Below the pieces are notes generated by a model. The model was given only the letters and a program-made list of their open reading frames with translations, was not told the origin of the DNA and did no database searches. Shown here one piece after another: positions 1 to 13,695 of a DNA stretch of 64,000 bases. Position numbers and translations under genes: made by a program. The stretch is taken from positions 102,523-166,522 of the forward strand of contig RHPI01000733.1 in the NCBI GenBank assembly GCA_009103225.1. Reading direction: 5' to 3'. Numbering within the stretch: position 1 is the stretch's first letter; every line of letters begins with the position of its first letter. Source of the DNA: Chlorokybus atmophyticus (lineage: Eukaryota; Plantae; Mesostigma and Chlorokybus algae).

Positions 1-3000
1 CCATACCACACAACCACACAACCACACATCACCACACCTGTGGCGAGAGGTTGATCTGCGGCCACGCGTCAGCGCGCGCGAGGGCGATGCGATCGGCGAG
101 GGCGGACGTGGTGGAGTGGGCCCAGCAGGAACCGCAGTACTGAGGGATGTGCTGGTTGCGGTTTACGCTCGCAAAATTGCCCTGCGAGCACGTGAATGTG
201 TGCGTGTGCGTGTGCGCGTGTAGGCGTGCATATAAACTTGCCCTGTGCGTGCACACGCGCGTGTGCACGCAGACGAACATGTGTATGCATCTGTAAACAT
301 GCGCGCATGCACAAGTACACATGCCTGCACTTGCATGTGTGTTCGCGCGTGTGCGCGCATAGTCTAGAACCCTCACACAACCCGACATCCATGCAGTGAT
401 ACAAACCCAACACGCAACTACTTGTCCACTTACATCGCTCTCAAGACCCATGTAGCGAATATCAAACGACGAGGGCGGCTCGATGGGTGGCACTTCATCC
501 AATGTTGTCTCATCAAGATCCTACATGCAACAAGTTTGAAAATCAGACTTAACCCACTACAAGCCCACCTACACACACGCGCACGCGCATACATGTACAC
601 ATCGACACCCAATACACTGAAACACATGCTATACCCCTCCTTACCCACGCGGTATTGCGGTCTCGTTTGAGGCATGGAAACTCGTACGCGTGATACTCGC
701 CTTTCTTCACTCGCGTGTCGATATCATACTGAGCTTTCCCACCGTTTGAGAGCTCCACTGTCACTCTGTTTGCTATCTGGTGCTTGGGCTGTTGACACAC
801 AAAAGCATATTCTCTGTTTGTGAGTGCACACACGCACTTGCACATGTGTGGTCTCACCCACGCATGCGTTTCCTGTATGTGCGTGCGCGCGCGCGCGTGC
901 GTGTGAAGATGTGCATGTGTGCGCGCACACCTGCGCATGCGAGTGGCACTATGCATACGCACGCCCCCACACGCGTGCATGCGTGCGTGCGTGTGTGTGT
1001 AACACACTCTTGGACAATCAGGCTTTGCATGCACCCTCATCAACTGATACCTCCTCTTCGGTCGAGTCTTCAAGTGTGGCGCTCAACGCATCCGCAAAAG
1101 TGAGCAGCTTGTCCCTCGCCTCATCACTCGGCGTATCCATATCCATGTACGCATCCACAAAACCCTCCAACGTCGCCTCCACCTCTGCACACACACCACG
1201 ATTAACACGCGCGCACGCACGCACGCACGCACGCAAGCACAACACCCCACCACCTCAACAACAACAGTAGCATCAGACACTCCCACCACATCCAACCCCA
1301 CACACACACCTTCATCGGCGCCTGTATCATTGACATACTCTATCAACTCCACCAACTCGCTCGGAAACCCCCCCACACTCTCCCCAACAACATTGACACC
1401 GTCTTCAGCAGGCACGCCGTCCGGGTCCGGCACCGCCCAACTGCAGAACCTCTCGATCCCCAAGTTGTGTTTGTGCATGCGTATGCGGAAGAACCCTTGC
1501 TCGCCCCAATAAGAGCCCCAGCTGTTGCGGCCGATCCAATAGTCGAGGTTGGTGTACGGGTCGTGGCCCCAGCCGACGAGCGCAATCTCGTGGTTGGGGA
1601 GGGGGAGGAGGAGGACTTGGGAGAAGATGCCGCCCTTGTAGTCCTGTGTAGATGGGTGTGTGTTTGCGCGAGTAACGAAAAGTATTGTTGCAACACGCAC
1701 GCACGCACTCACGCATGCACGCACGCGCGCGCACACGCGCAGACACACGCACACGCACACGCACGCACACCATCTCACATCCAACTGTTGCGTGGCTTGT
1801 ATCCCGCACGATATTGGTCCTCGTGCGTATATCTCCGCTTTGATCTTGTGTGCGAGCGGGTGCCAGTGGATATCCACACTACTGTCATCGGTAACATCGT
1901 CACCATCGTCATCAACAACATCATTGTCATCAGCACCCAGCACGTGGCCGTACTGCGACACCGTCCAGCGCGTGTAGTTCTTCACGGCTGTGCACGAACC
2001 CGGCAGAAAAGGGGCCGGAGGCTCACCTGTTGCACACACACACACACACACGCACACACGTACACAGGTTGTGAGTGGTTGCATGGTAGTGTAGTGTGGC
2101 ATGGTAAACAAGCTGCAGCTTGGGTATAAGCATGTGTCACAATGATGATCTGCAGCACATATATGTGCATGGGTGCGCGTGTGCACGCCTGCGCACATGG
2201 ATGCGTGCCAACGCGCATCCCCGTGTGTGTGTGTGTGTGTGCGTGCGTGCACGCGCGCGCGCATGCGAGAGTGTGGACGCAGGTATGTGTACGTGCATGC
2301 GCGCGCACATACATATGTGTGTGCGCGTATGCATGCGCATGCGCGTACACATGCACATGCATGCATACACACGTGCACTCACATAGTTATATGCACATCC
2401 CACCCAACCCCACTCTACCCTACCTGGCGCGCAATTCTCGCACACCCCGTACGGCCTGCACTCCCCGTCCACCGCCTCGTAGTTCTGGCACGTCTCGTCG
2501 GGGAGGCCCCTCGACCGCATGTACTCGTACACGCCGAGGGGGTTGCCGCCATGACACGAACCACCACCTCGACAATTGATCAACACCTGTGGTTGTGACC
2601 AACATTGGCACATACTTAACAACCATTTCTTCTTATACCCAGTTAATGGCTTTGCCAGTATGTCCCCTATTGTCTCAGGGATTGATATGAACGTCCATTT
2701 GTGTATATGTATCTTGTTCAATTGATCGCAAACAATAATCCGGTCTTGGTTGTTCTGATTGTTGTTCTTATAGGATTGTTACGTGATCGGAATAGAACCA
2801 ATACACATGCAATTGTGTGTGGGGTGTGTTGGCCCACCTGAGGGCTGAGCACCACGTCGGGCCAAGCGGCCTTGCGGAGTATTTTGATGCGGTCGGATAG
2901 CGCGGACGTCGTGGCCATCGCCCAGCACGAGCCGCTGCATAGCAAGATCACTTGAGCGATCATGACACGTACCATGTGCGACATGTACATGCATCAGAGG

Positions 3001-3961
3001 TCGGATGCGACACATACGTCGGTATGTGCCATGACGAATGTACGTGCGCGTGTTACCAGTATTGGGGGATGTGCTGGTTGCGCGTTTCGGTGAGGTAGTT
3101 GACGCCGCTGACGTTGCCCCAAAACCAGTCGCGCGGGAGGGAGTCCTCCGACAGGTACTGCATCGACACATACGACAACGTCACAATGTGTGGGTGCGGG
3201 TGCAGGTGCGGGTGTCTGTGCGCGTATGTGGGTGGGTGTCTGTGCTCACGCGCACAAACAGCGCCTGCATGTGTGTATCACATATGCAATGTCGTGAGTG
3301 TGACCCACAAGAACGTGTGTGCGTGTGGGTGTGGGTGGTATTCTTGCAGGGAGGCGTTGGCAAGAAACACAGTAGTGAGCGGAGGAGGATGCATCTTTGT
3401 GTTGAATATAGTAATGGGGTCAACGGACTGGGGGGCCACTGATTGTCATTGCCTAAACGAGGAATGTGATAACATGAGAATGTAACTATCAGCACGCACA
3501 AACAGTTGACAAGTTGCTTTCGAGATGATTGGTTGTGGAAGTTGAGTGACAATACCATATCAGCGGTATAGCAGGGTGATAATGGACTAAAGCATAACAC
3601 ATAACAGTACAGTAGCACTATGTTAGAGCCTTCGCAAAAGCACTTAAAAACACATGTGAATTGTACAACAAAGAACGCACGTCTACACCCACACGCCCCT
3701 TACCTCATGCGGCCTCTTTCCCGTGACCAGTTCTCCCTGGCTGAATTCCGCCTCAGCCGGCCTGCACGTCTTCGGCCACGCTGCCTCATCCGACGCCGTC
3801 AACGAGGCGGCGGCTTCGGACCAGGACGAGGCGGCGGAGGACGAGGGGAGCTGGAGGCCAGGGAGATCCCGGCCGCACTGGACTTCAGCAATGAATAGGG
3901 AAGCAAGGAGAAGGAAGAGGGAGAGTAGAAAGGGCCGATAAACAAGCATGCGGGACGACAT
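1..3961 (-). CDS. Secreted double-domain cathepsin X/Z-like cysteine protease (papain family C1A), multi-exon, runs off the window start
   Basis: Signal peptide [29 protein letters not shown] at 3961. Domain 1 has RNQHIPQY|CGSCWAM (3060/2936), [30 protein letters not shown] and [20 protein letters not shown] (1480-1590). Domain 2 begins [25 protein letters not shown] (38-185). HIP insertion before the catalytic Cys is typical of cathepsin X. GT-AG introns between the segments. Confidence 0.93.
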
Positions 3962-4276
3962 CTTGCGGCCGTCACCCGCCGCCGCCGCAACAGCCACGGT
4001 GACAGATCCCGGCGAACTAGCATACGCTCGAAGCTTATCCGTGTCTAAGCCTGCGAACGGACATAAGGATCGCTTTCATGCTGTGGGGGACACGACGCGG
4101 CAAGCAAATAACGACGATCATGACACCAGCTGTGAATAGAGTACCTTGCAAGTGCCGCCGTTGGATCGAATTGGACGATCGGACGGCAGCCAGGTCCTAT
4201 CCTTCGCGCGCGCTTCCGACAAAACAGAGCCTCAATGGAAAAAGGCGCATGCTGCCATGGAAATGTAACACGTAAC

Positions 4277-4285
4277 AAACCCTAA
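4277..4285. promoter_or_regulatory. Single telo-box-like motif AAACCCTAA in a short divergent promoter region
   Basis: Motif seen between the divergent ATGs at 3961 (-) and 4443 (+). One 9-mer could be chance. Confidence 0.2.
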
Positions 4286-4442
4286 AACACACGCGCGGTT
4301 TTCCATTGTCTCACGTGAGAAAGAGCGCCCCTACTACTTTTCCTGTTATGTGCTGCGCTGCCCCGAAAGCCTGGTCCGGCGTGGCCTGATGACGCCTGGC
4401 CTGGCCTGCTGACTCTCCAGTCCAGCCTAGTCTGCTCTGGTC

Positions 4443-7400
4443 ATGATGTCCTCTGGGGGTGGTTACGACGTGGAGGCTGTGTTGAGGGGTGCGGAGGCCG
4501 TCCTGCGGGGCGTTGGGGGCGGCAGCAAGGGTGTGATGGCTGGAGGGAAGAGAAGGAAAGGGCGGAGTGGGAGGGGACTAGCGCTGGTCATCACGATAGG
4601 TATGAGGCGCATGGATGGATCGTGTCGTCTCTCTTGTGAGCGTGTGTCCAAAGCTTGATGTTTGATGAGACACACTGCTTGTTGGGTTGTTGGGGTCATG
4701 AGGGCTACCAACACAACTTCTTCTATCTCACAAATTTTCAAATCAAGTTGCACCAACAGTCTTATGCGTAACATCACTTCCTGATATGCATTTGTAAATA
4801 GATTGATCCGATTGCAATTAAAGCGCTGCATGGCCAGTAGAAAACTTCGTCGAGTGGTGGCCTAGGCAAGTTGCAACATGCGTTTGTGCTGCATTGCATA
4901 TTTGCGATGCAATATGCAGCCTTGCATGACATATACATGTGTGCACGCACGCAAGCATGCACGCGTGCGTATACACACACTCAGACACACATACTAGGTG
5001 TCACCCTTCTCGTCCTCTTCGCGCCTCTCCACATCGCCTCCACCTTCTTTTCTCACAACAACAACAACACTCGCGACAACCCGGGCGCAGCCGCATCCAA
5101 CGCCGCCAAACACGACTCAGCCTCAGCTCGGTACTTTACACATGTCACAATTGTCTCTCTCACCCACCCACCAACACACACACACACACCCACCAACACT
5201 CCCACCCACAGCCCCTCCGGCGAGTGTCCCGGCCTCCGTCGCCTGTACCACCTCCGCCACGGCATCCCCAAGCGCGCCGTCCGGTACAGCTGGATCGCGA
5301 AGGCGGGGCCGGGGAGGGGATACATGCACATGGCGATGCTGGAACGGATGGGGAACGGGACGCTGATCGCGGGTAGGAGTGGGGAGGGTGTGGTGAGGTG
5401 TGGTGTGGTGTGTTGAGTTGTGTGGTGATGTGGTGTGTGTAGCTTGGCAGTGGAGTGAGGCGAGAGAGGGGACGCCGAGTCAGAGGCTTGCGTACGCTGT
5501 GAGCAGGGATGGCAGCGAGGGGAAGCGGTGGGGTCCGGCCAGGCAAGACACAGACACAACAACACGGGTCACAACGAAACAGTAAACCAACAATTGTTGT
5601 TGTTGTTGTCTCGTGCAGGGGGCTGCCGTGGGATACGGGCAGCGGGGGTGATAGGGCGCAGTGGAGTCCCGTTTTGCACAGAGACACGCGCGGACGGATA
5701 TGGCTCTTCTACACGTAAGAGAGACAGTGGGGTTTGGGTTGTGGGTTGTGTGTGAATGGTGTGCGTTAGGGAAATGGTGTGTTTGTGTGAACATGTGGTA
5801 AGTGCAGGCGTGTGTGGGGGTGAGGTTGCATATGTGGCTGCATGTGCGCCCGCATGCGCGTCACGCACACGCACTACCCACATGAGCAAGCACACAGACA
5901 TGCAAGTACACCCGCACACATGCGCACGCACGCACACACACGCGCACGCATACACGCCACCCACTCCCGCACCCACCCACCCCCTCCCACAGCGAGTCCA
6001 ACCAGTGCCAGTTCACCTCCGGCGACTACCCCCACTGGATGCCCGGCGGCGACATCAAGGCGACTCTCCTCAACCCCAAGACGGGGCAGTGGCGGGCGCC
6101 CAGAGTCATACTCAGCGAAGAGAGCGAGGGGGTCATACCGAAGGTGGGTGGGTGGGTGGGTGGAGAGTGTTTATCTTTGTGTGGGTCGGTGGGGGTGGGA
6201 TAGATGTGTGTGTGTGTGGTGCAGGTGTTGGCGAACAAGTTGATTGTGTTGACGTCGGGGGAGTGGGTGCTGCCGTTCTGGAGGGAAGCGCACGGGGCGG
6301 GGACCACATGCCCGCAGCCGAAAAGCGCGGTGAGTGTTGTTGTTTGCTGTTGTTGTACGGATGTGTTCCGTGTTGTGTGTTAGGTTAAAAGGTGTGGGGG
6401 TGGGATGGGGGCGTACGCGTGTCCGTACGTGCAGGTGTCTGTGTGCGTGTGTGCGTGTGTGCATGTACCTACGCGCATCTGCGCGTGTATTCATGGGGGT
6501 GGGTGGATGCATGCGCGTAGGGTATGTTCATTCACAAATGAATGTGTTGCGTACTGCTGCTGAGGGCATGCAGGATAGTCCCACTCAAGCAGTTCAGTCA
6601 GTACAGTAGTGTTGGGTTGTGAGTAGACACACACACACACGCACACACACACAGGGTTCCGCTGGCGTCCTCATCTCCCGCGACGCCGGCGAGTCGTGGG
6701 ACCCCCCTCGTGGCGCCGTCCAGCTGCCGTACACCTGGCTCATCGAGAATACGGTGGTGGAGTTGCATGGGGGGGTCATCGCCATGTTCTTCAGGACGTA
6801 CAAGGTGAGTGTGTGTTGCTGGGTGGGTGGGTGGGTGAGTGGGTGGGTAAGTGTGCACGTACATGCGTATGAACATGTGTGCGTGCGCGTGCGTGTGGGT
6901 GTCAGCACTGATAGTGCTGACTACTACTGTCGATACTGTTAACACTGCTACTAGTTCTGCTGCCACCACTACAAGCTTGTCTCTCCTTCACTATTCAACT
7001 ATGACTAGTAGATATTACTACCACTGCTACTAACACTAGCAGTAGTCGGTCAAGTGGTATAACTATCACTGATGCTATAACTGATGCTAGTTTCACCATG
7101 GTCATAGTGGCAGTGGTCTGCCACTGTGACCATTTCTGTAGTGTCACTCTTACTAGCAGCAGCGGTAGCACTACTGCTAGTAGTCTAATGCTACTTCAAC
7201 GACTAATATCAGTACCGTAGTACTGTAGCAGTTGTCTACTCCTCACTACTCCTGTTGGCTGCAACTCCTTGCCCTCTCCTAACTCCCCTCTCCCCCCCCT
7301 CCCCCCCAGGGCTTCATCTACCAGTCCTTCTCCTCCGACACCGGCCTCACCTGGTCCCCCGCGGAACCGACGTCCTTGGCGAACCCGGACGCCAAGATAC

Positions 7401-8299
7401 ACGCGATGCGGATGTCGGAGGGGAGCGTCGCCATGGCGTGAGTCAACAAAACCACGCGCATGTGTGCATGATAAAATGCATCCACACCCACCCACCCACC
7501 CACCCACACGTACACATGCACAGATGAATGGACACTTGCGCACACGTGTAGGTATGCACATATGCGCGCATGAGCGCACCCACACGTACATGGCCTGCGC
7601 ACGGGCATGCATGTGCACACGCACGTGCATGCCCGCACGCGTAAGTTCAGCAAACAAGCTTCATTGCTCAATTTATACCTCCAGGTGCAGGGTGGTTTGT
7701 CAGCAGTGGAATGTGACCTTTGTGCTTTGTTAGTGCACCCGGCCTTCATTTACCGTTCCTGTGGACAGTGTTGACACTGTCGGGGCGTACCTGTATGCAG
7801 GTTCAACAACCATCAGAAGCTGCATTCAACAGCCTGCCCCAAATGCCGCACAGCACTCCAGGTGGGTTGGGGAATAACTCTCGCAAACCAAAACACACAA
7901 TGCAGCTGATACATCAGCCAGGCAATACAGTCGTGCCATTGTTGTTGTTGTTGTTGTTGCTGTGTTGATCATGCTTATCATCTTCGTCATTGTTATCAGG
8001 TGGCAGTGAGTGCTGACGACAGGTTAGACTCATGGCGCACGCTCGCCCACATAGAGGACACCGTAGACCCAGGACTACGCGTACACTACCCCACAATGCT
8101 ACAGGTAAGAGAGACGCATTTCCAAACCAACCAATCACACACTCACTCTCTCATGCAGGTCGGTTGTTCCCTCCTGGTTGCCTACTCCCAGTTCTACCAC
8201 CCCGCCTACGCCAACGGTTCCGTCGCGCTCGAGCCAGGGATCAGGCTGGCGGTGGTGCCGTTGCAGGCGGGGGGAGGGGGGCACCTATCACGGACTTAA
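4443..8299 (+). CDS. BNR/Asp-box repeat sialidase-like (GH33/BNR_2-type beta-propeller) protein with N-terminal membrane anchor, multi-exon
   Basis: Spliced exons give YMHMAMLERMGNGTLIA, WSPVLHRDTRGRIWLFYT, VLANKLIVLTSGEWVLPFWRE, Asp-boxes SRDAGESW (6672-6700) and SSDTGLTW (7328-7352), LIENTVVEL, ANPDAK and RVHYPTMLQ. Hydrophobic LALVITIG|VTLLVLFAPL near the N-terminus. The frames I traced across introns stayed open. Confidence 0.82.
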
Positions 8300-8657
8300 T
8301 GTGTGTGTTGAAGGAGGGGGCAGGTTGTATCTGAATGGGTGTTGGTGTTTGCTTGGGTGTGCATCCGCGTGTGCGTGCGCATGAGTGTGCGCGTATGGGC
8401 ATAGAAGCATGCTTGCACGTGCATCTGGTGTGATGCGCGTGCACACACCTGCCTACCATCTTTAATACCTTACATGAGCAACTTGCATAACAAACTACCA
8501 GTTGCAGAGAGCAGCAGCGTCATTAGCACCAGCACCATCCTCACGACCATAATGACCCTTATTTCCATACCCACCCTCATCCATATCACCACCACCGCCC
8601 TCACAGATACATTCGTATTTACAATACTTACCAAAGCATACAACAAAAACCCCAGCC

Positions 8658-11600
8658 TTAGTAACTACTTGACATCCTCCGCCGCATTGACACAAAACAC
8701 CTATCATCAGAACCCCCTCACGTTGGGGTCCCGCACGATCTCCATCACCCGCACCAACACCTCCTGCGCCGTCCCCACGCTCATCACGACGCCGAAGCTG
8801 CCGTGCGCGCACTCTCGGGAAACAGCCTCCAACTTGTGTTGCAGAGGGAGGAGCCAGTGCTGGAGGGCGAGATCGAGGGCTGGGGGGTTCCTTAACCTTG
8901 AGCGGTCCGTGCCATCTGTAAGTACAATTGGGATTCGGTTGGGTTGGTTGAGTTGTGGTCATATGGACTACGTATAGCAAACAGATGGCTGTTTTACGAC
9001 AAGTGGCTTGATCAACACCTGCATTAGCATTACATACAAGAGCATTCAGAGTACGGTCGTCAGTTGTGTCCGCGCGCGTGTGCGTGTGCCTGTGAGTACC
9101 TGCTGCTTCCCTCAGCAGGATGAAACGGTAGAAGTTCAATGCCGCAATCACCTGGTGATTGATCCATATCCATAAACATGAACACAAACATCATCACAAC
9201 AAATAATCAACCACAAGCATGTACTTGTAAATGAAACCAGTATTTCCCTCACCTTATCCAAGTCGTCCGGCAAGTCCACATCAACCAACGCGGGCGCCAA
9301 CAACTTTATCGACGTGTCTTCGCCGCCAAAAGCCGAGACGCTTCCACTCAACTACCAGGACACACAACACACATAATGACATCACCACATCAGATGCAAC
9401 ATTGTCACCAACACCTTACTTAAAGAAGTCTCATAATCACCACTATCAACTGTACTACATGTTGATGCCAAAGTTACAGTAACTATATGAACATCTTGTC
9501 TTATGAAGGTAAGGCCACACTTACTGGAATTGCACTCCATGCGCGGGCAGTCTCATCCTTTGCGTACTTTATTAAAAGCGCCACCTGATTGGTAAATGTT
9601 CTGTGTGTTTGTGTGCTTTCCACATTGCATGAACATAAAGATGGCCCCAAGCCAGGCGACGTATTCATAGTCACCAGTAACACTACTTACCACAGCAGGG
9701 AAAGGGCACACTCCGATGAAACATTGCAGTAACTTGAATTTTGACTGCGAGTTCAGCGCGTCCAAAACCTGTGTGTTGACCCACAAACTGTCACAACACA
9801 ACACAGCATTACATATGCATACTCTCTTGCTCACTTGGCAGAAAGCGGCGTGTGCCGCCGCACGTATGGACTGGTCGGGAACTGTTGCCATTATTGACGC
9901 CAAATCCTGCACATGAAGCACGCTCTGTATCTGTTGTGAGCAACACATGTGGCGTATGGTGACCAGCATGGTGGGTGTGGCGCTTCGTATAGGTATATAG
10001 ATTTAGCGACACAACAGATACGCACACGCATGCCCGATCACATAGACATGTGTTTACACGCACTTGGATACAGATACACGTGTAGACACACACACAGGCA
10101 CACATGCGCGTGCGCGCACAACAACAACAACAGCAGCAGCAGCAGCAGCAGCAATAACACTCACCTGCAGCACCCCAACAATGTCTTCAGCCCACTCCCA
10201 CGCGTCTTTCCCGCTCCTCTCAGCAGCCGTCGCAACCAGCCTCACGCCGTCACACATCGTCTCATTACTCCCCGACATCAACGTACTCGCAGCACCCAAC
10301 ACTGCTCGCCAATCAACTTTTTTGCTGCTGTTGTTGATGTTGTTGTTGATGATGTTGCATAGGATTGCGTATAAGGCTCGGGCGGCTCCCATTCGTAACC
10401 GCAGGGTAGCAGACTCGTTATAGTCATCACCTTCACCATCATCTTCACCATCTTCATTCACACCTTCATCTATTTCGACATTGTTGGGTGTGTGGTCGTG
10501 TGGTTGTGAGGCTTTTGTGTGTATGTTGAGGAGGGTGTCTGCGATATCGCTACCAATGCAGCAGCGCGATATCAGCGCGAGGTCGGGCGTGTTGGCGTGC
10601 CAGACCTGAGAGGTGGTACAGATGCGGTGATGACAACCTTTGTTGTGTGGGATGCGCCAACAGCAATGGTGGTGATGGTAATAACACTACGAAGACATGG
10701 TTTACCAGGGATTGAAGGGTGAATTTGAGCAGTGAGGTGCGCACCAGCTTGGCATCTTCTTGCTCTGACCACTAAGAGAAAGAAATCAAAGGGAGTCAAG
10801 AATATGAGTGTTGTGGTATGCACACATGCACACATGCGCACACTTGGACACGCACGTGCGCACTCGGACACACTCACGCCAGCACCACATATGCACACAC
10901 GCGCGCAGGTACACGCACATATAGGCGTGTATTCGCACAGACACGCGCACACTAACATCCGCACTCATGCACAAACGTGACCACGCACACGCACGCACAC
11001 GCGCACATATGTGCATGTGCGGTTTGGACATCAGCATGCACATATGCGCGCGTGCATACTGACGTCCTTATACACAAGGCCACGCTTAGGCCCCCCAATG
11101 CACACACGCACACCCACACGGCACATTTCATCCACGCACCTGCCTTGCAAGTAGACTCTCCACCAATCCCCTCTCCGCATCCTTCAACTTCTCCAACTTG
11201 GTGACATCCTCATCCTCGATATCACTCAGCACTGCCTCAGCGGCACGATCCACTGCTGATAACGCCTCGGAGATGAACACTGGCGCTCGCCTTGATATCC
11301 GCGCGAGCACGACGCCGAGAGCGGATATCAGGATGGAGAGGGAGGATGTCGACCGAGTGGGGCCGACTGCCAGAGCCTGTGATGGAGAGGTGGAGTTGAT
11401 ATCGGTGAGAAAGCGGTAGTTGTACTACATGCGTGTCTGACTGAGGCACATGCATACGTGTGCCAGCTTCAGACGGGTGGCATGTGTGTGTGTGTGTGTG
11501 CATGTATATTTATTGGTGCAAACGACATTAACTGCTGCGCGCATGTGTGCATGTATCACCCATGCATACGTGCGCACTCGCACGCAAGTCTTTAACACGA

Positions 11601-12048
11601 TACTAACACAATTGACAAAGCTCGATAGATGCGTAGAGCCACTACGGCACGCATACACGCACGCACATGTACATGCACAGTGCGTGCGTGCGTGCGTGCG
11701 TGCATGCGTGGATACGTGTGTATGCGAGCGTATGTATGCATGTGCATGTGAGTGCGCGCGCGCGCGCGCGCGCACTATCACCTGCATCAGCATGGCATAC
11801 ACCTCCTTCGCATTCCCCACCCTGGCCACCCTCGTAACCGCAGTCCCCGCCACATCTGCACGTTGCAACAAAGCCTCTTGTGCTCGCCACGGCAGGCCGG
11901 CGAGAGCGTCATCATTGAGGGCGTCGGTGAGAGCGGTGATACGGGAGATGTTGGAGGTGGGGTCGGTGAGAACGGCGATGAGAGCGTCGCCGATGTCGCT
12001 GCTGTCATTGTCGGCATCATCTGCTGAGTTGGGGTCGCCTCCCTCCAT
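8658..12048 (-). CDS. ALF4: ALF4/glomulin-like helical-repeat protein (RBX1/cullin-RING ligase regulator), multi-exon; N-terminus may extend upstream
   Basis: Exons read LARISRRAPVFISEAL, DLASIMATVPDQSIRAAAHAAFCQ, VLDALNSQSKFKLLQCFI, VALLIKYAKDE and VIAALNFYRFILLRE; the last resembles the conserved C-terminal LNxYRFxLLxE motif of ALF4/glomulin. An acceptor-like CAG precedes the ATG at 12048. Confidence 0.7.
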
Positions 12049-13695
12049 GGCCTGACGTGTGTGTACGCCTGCATCATCAACACATCCGCGTGTGTGTGTG
12101 CGGGGGGGCATGTGTTGCATCGGTCAAGTGTGTTTCTTGCTTGTTCTCACACGTACTCTTCTCTTATGTTTGCATGTGTACATATGCATGATACAGAGAT
12201 ACACTGAATGGGTGCATTCTATGGCTGAGAGTGGAAGGAACGCAAGTATGGAAGCAGTGTTACAGAAGGAAAGTTGTGAAGTTAATGGCAACAAGCCTTT
12301 ACACACCAACACACCGAGTTTTGCAATGCTACAACTCAGAAACAGCTCCAACAACCGATCACGCCAAAGTATCAGCAGTGCAAAGCACAAAGCACAACAA
12401 ACACAAACACAAAGTCTCAAACACGCCCAGTGACTCATTCAAGCATTTACTCGTTCACTCACTCACTCACTCACTTACGGGTCAAAGGCAATAACGCGTC
12501 AGCAGCAGACGCCGCCTCCTCAGCCTCCGTCACTAACAAACAAACTCAACGAATGCTGCTACCGCCGCCGCCGCCGCTGCCGCCGCTAAACTCTTCTCCG
12601 CAATGTCAATGCTGCTGATGGTGATGCCAACATTGGTGCGCATGCAGCTAGCGGCGGCGGCGGCGGCGGCGGTAGCCTTGTCTTTGTCGTTGCCGTTGTC
12701 CGTTTCCATGGTCATTTCCCTCGCTGTGGTTCCGGCTGTGGTGGTTGCTGAAACGGGCATGCACAACGACACAATGCTGGTTGCTGAAGTGAAGATGAAT
12801 GCGCTGAATGGGGTTATTGTGTGTATTGTGGCGTGATTTGTTTGCGTACGTACAATGCGGATCAGGGGTGCGCATGCATTGCGAAGAATAACATCACACG
12901 CCAACCATCATCACTTCATGTTCACCATCGGGCTTTACAACTACTTCACTCTTTTACTGTAATTGTAGCACCACCGCTGTACAAAAGATGCAAGAGGGAA
13001 TTCGTGTGTGCATATGACAATTGAGCTGACTTACTAGGTGTCTCATCAGCATGAGACTTGGTACTGCATGTACCACACGCGCAAAGCATTGTTTGGGAAC
13101 AGACAGTAAAGCAGTGAGATGTGTTCTTTGGATTTTAAATCAATCGTTGAACTTTGAGAACATAGAGTGAGACACGGTGATTAGGGTCAAAGTGATTATG
13201 CGCATGTGCGTGCACATGTGCGCATACACGTTGCAGTGTCCAGTTCAATGTGTGCATCACACGCATGTCGCATTGGCGTAAGTAGACAAAACCTGAGCAA
13301 TCTAATTGTAACGACAGCGGCGGTGACAACACCGATACAGAAACACCAGGAGTAAGTTGCACCAACCACTACCATATGCCATAAGTTGTATCCTATGCAC
13401 ATTGCAACTTCAATGCAGTGTTGCAACAACACACACTGCACATGTTGGCACACTCTTTACCTGAGAGGCACAACCACAGGGTGTAGACAGACATTCACAA
13501 CAAGCAGAGGCAGCTCATCTCATCACGTCAAAATTCACTCCACATTGACACAGTTTAAAACCGCACAACCTCTCTGTCTACGCGCGCACACATATCCATT
13601 CAGGGCGATACTGCATCACCCACCCACCCAACATATATCTACCTATCCCTTGCATAACCCACTTCTACAGACCCATACACCTCCAGCCCCCACAC

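Noticed and set aside
12533-12904. Ala-rich ORFs between ALF4 and QS
   Set aside because: Driven by (GCC)n tracts; at most an upstream ALF4 exon or UTR.
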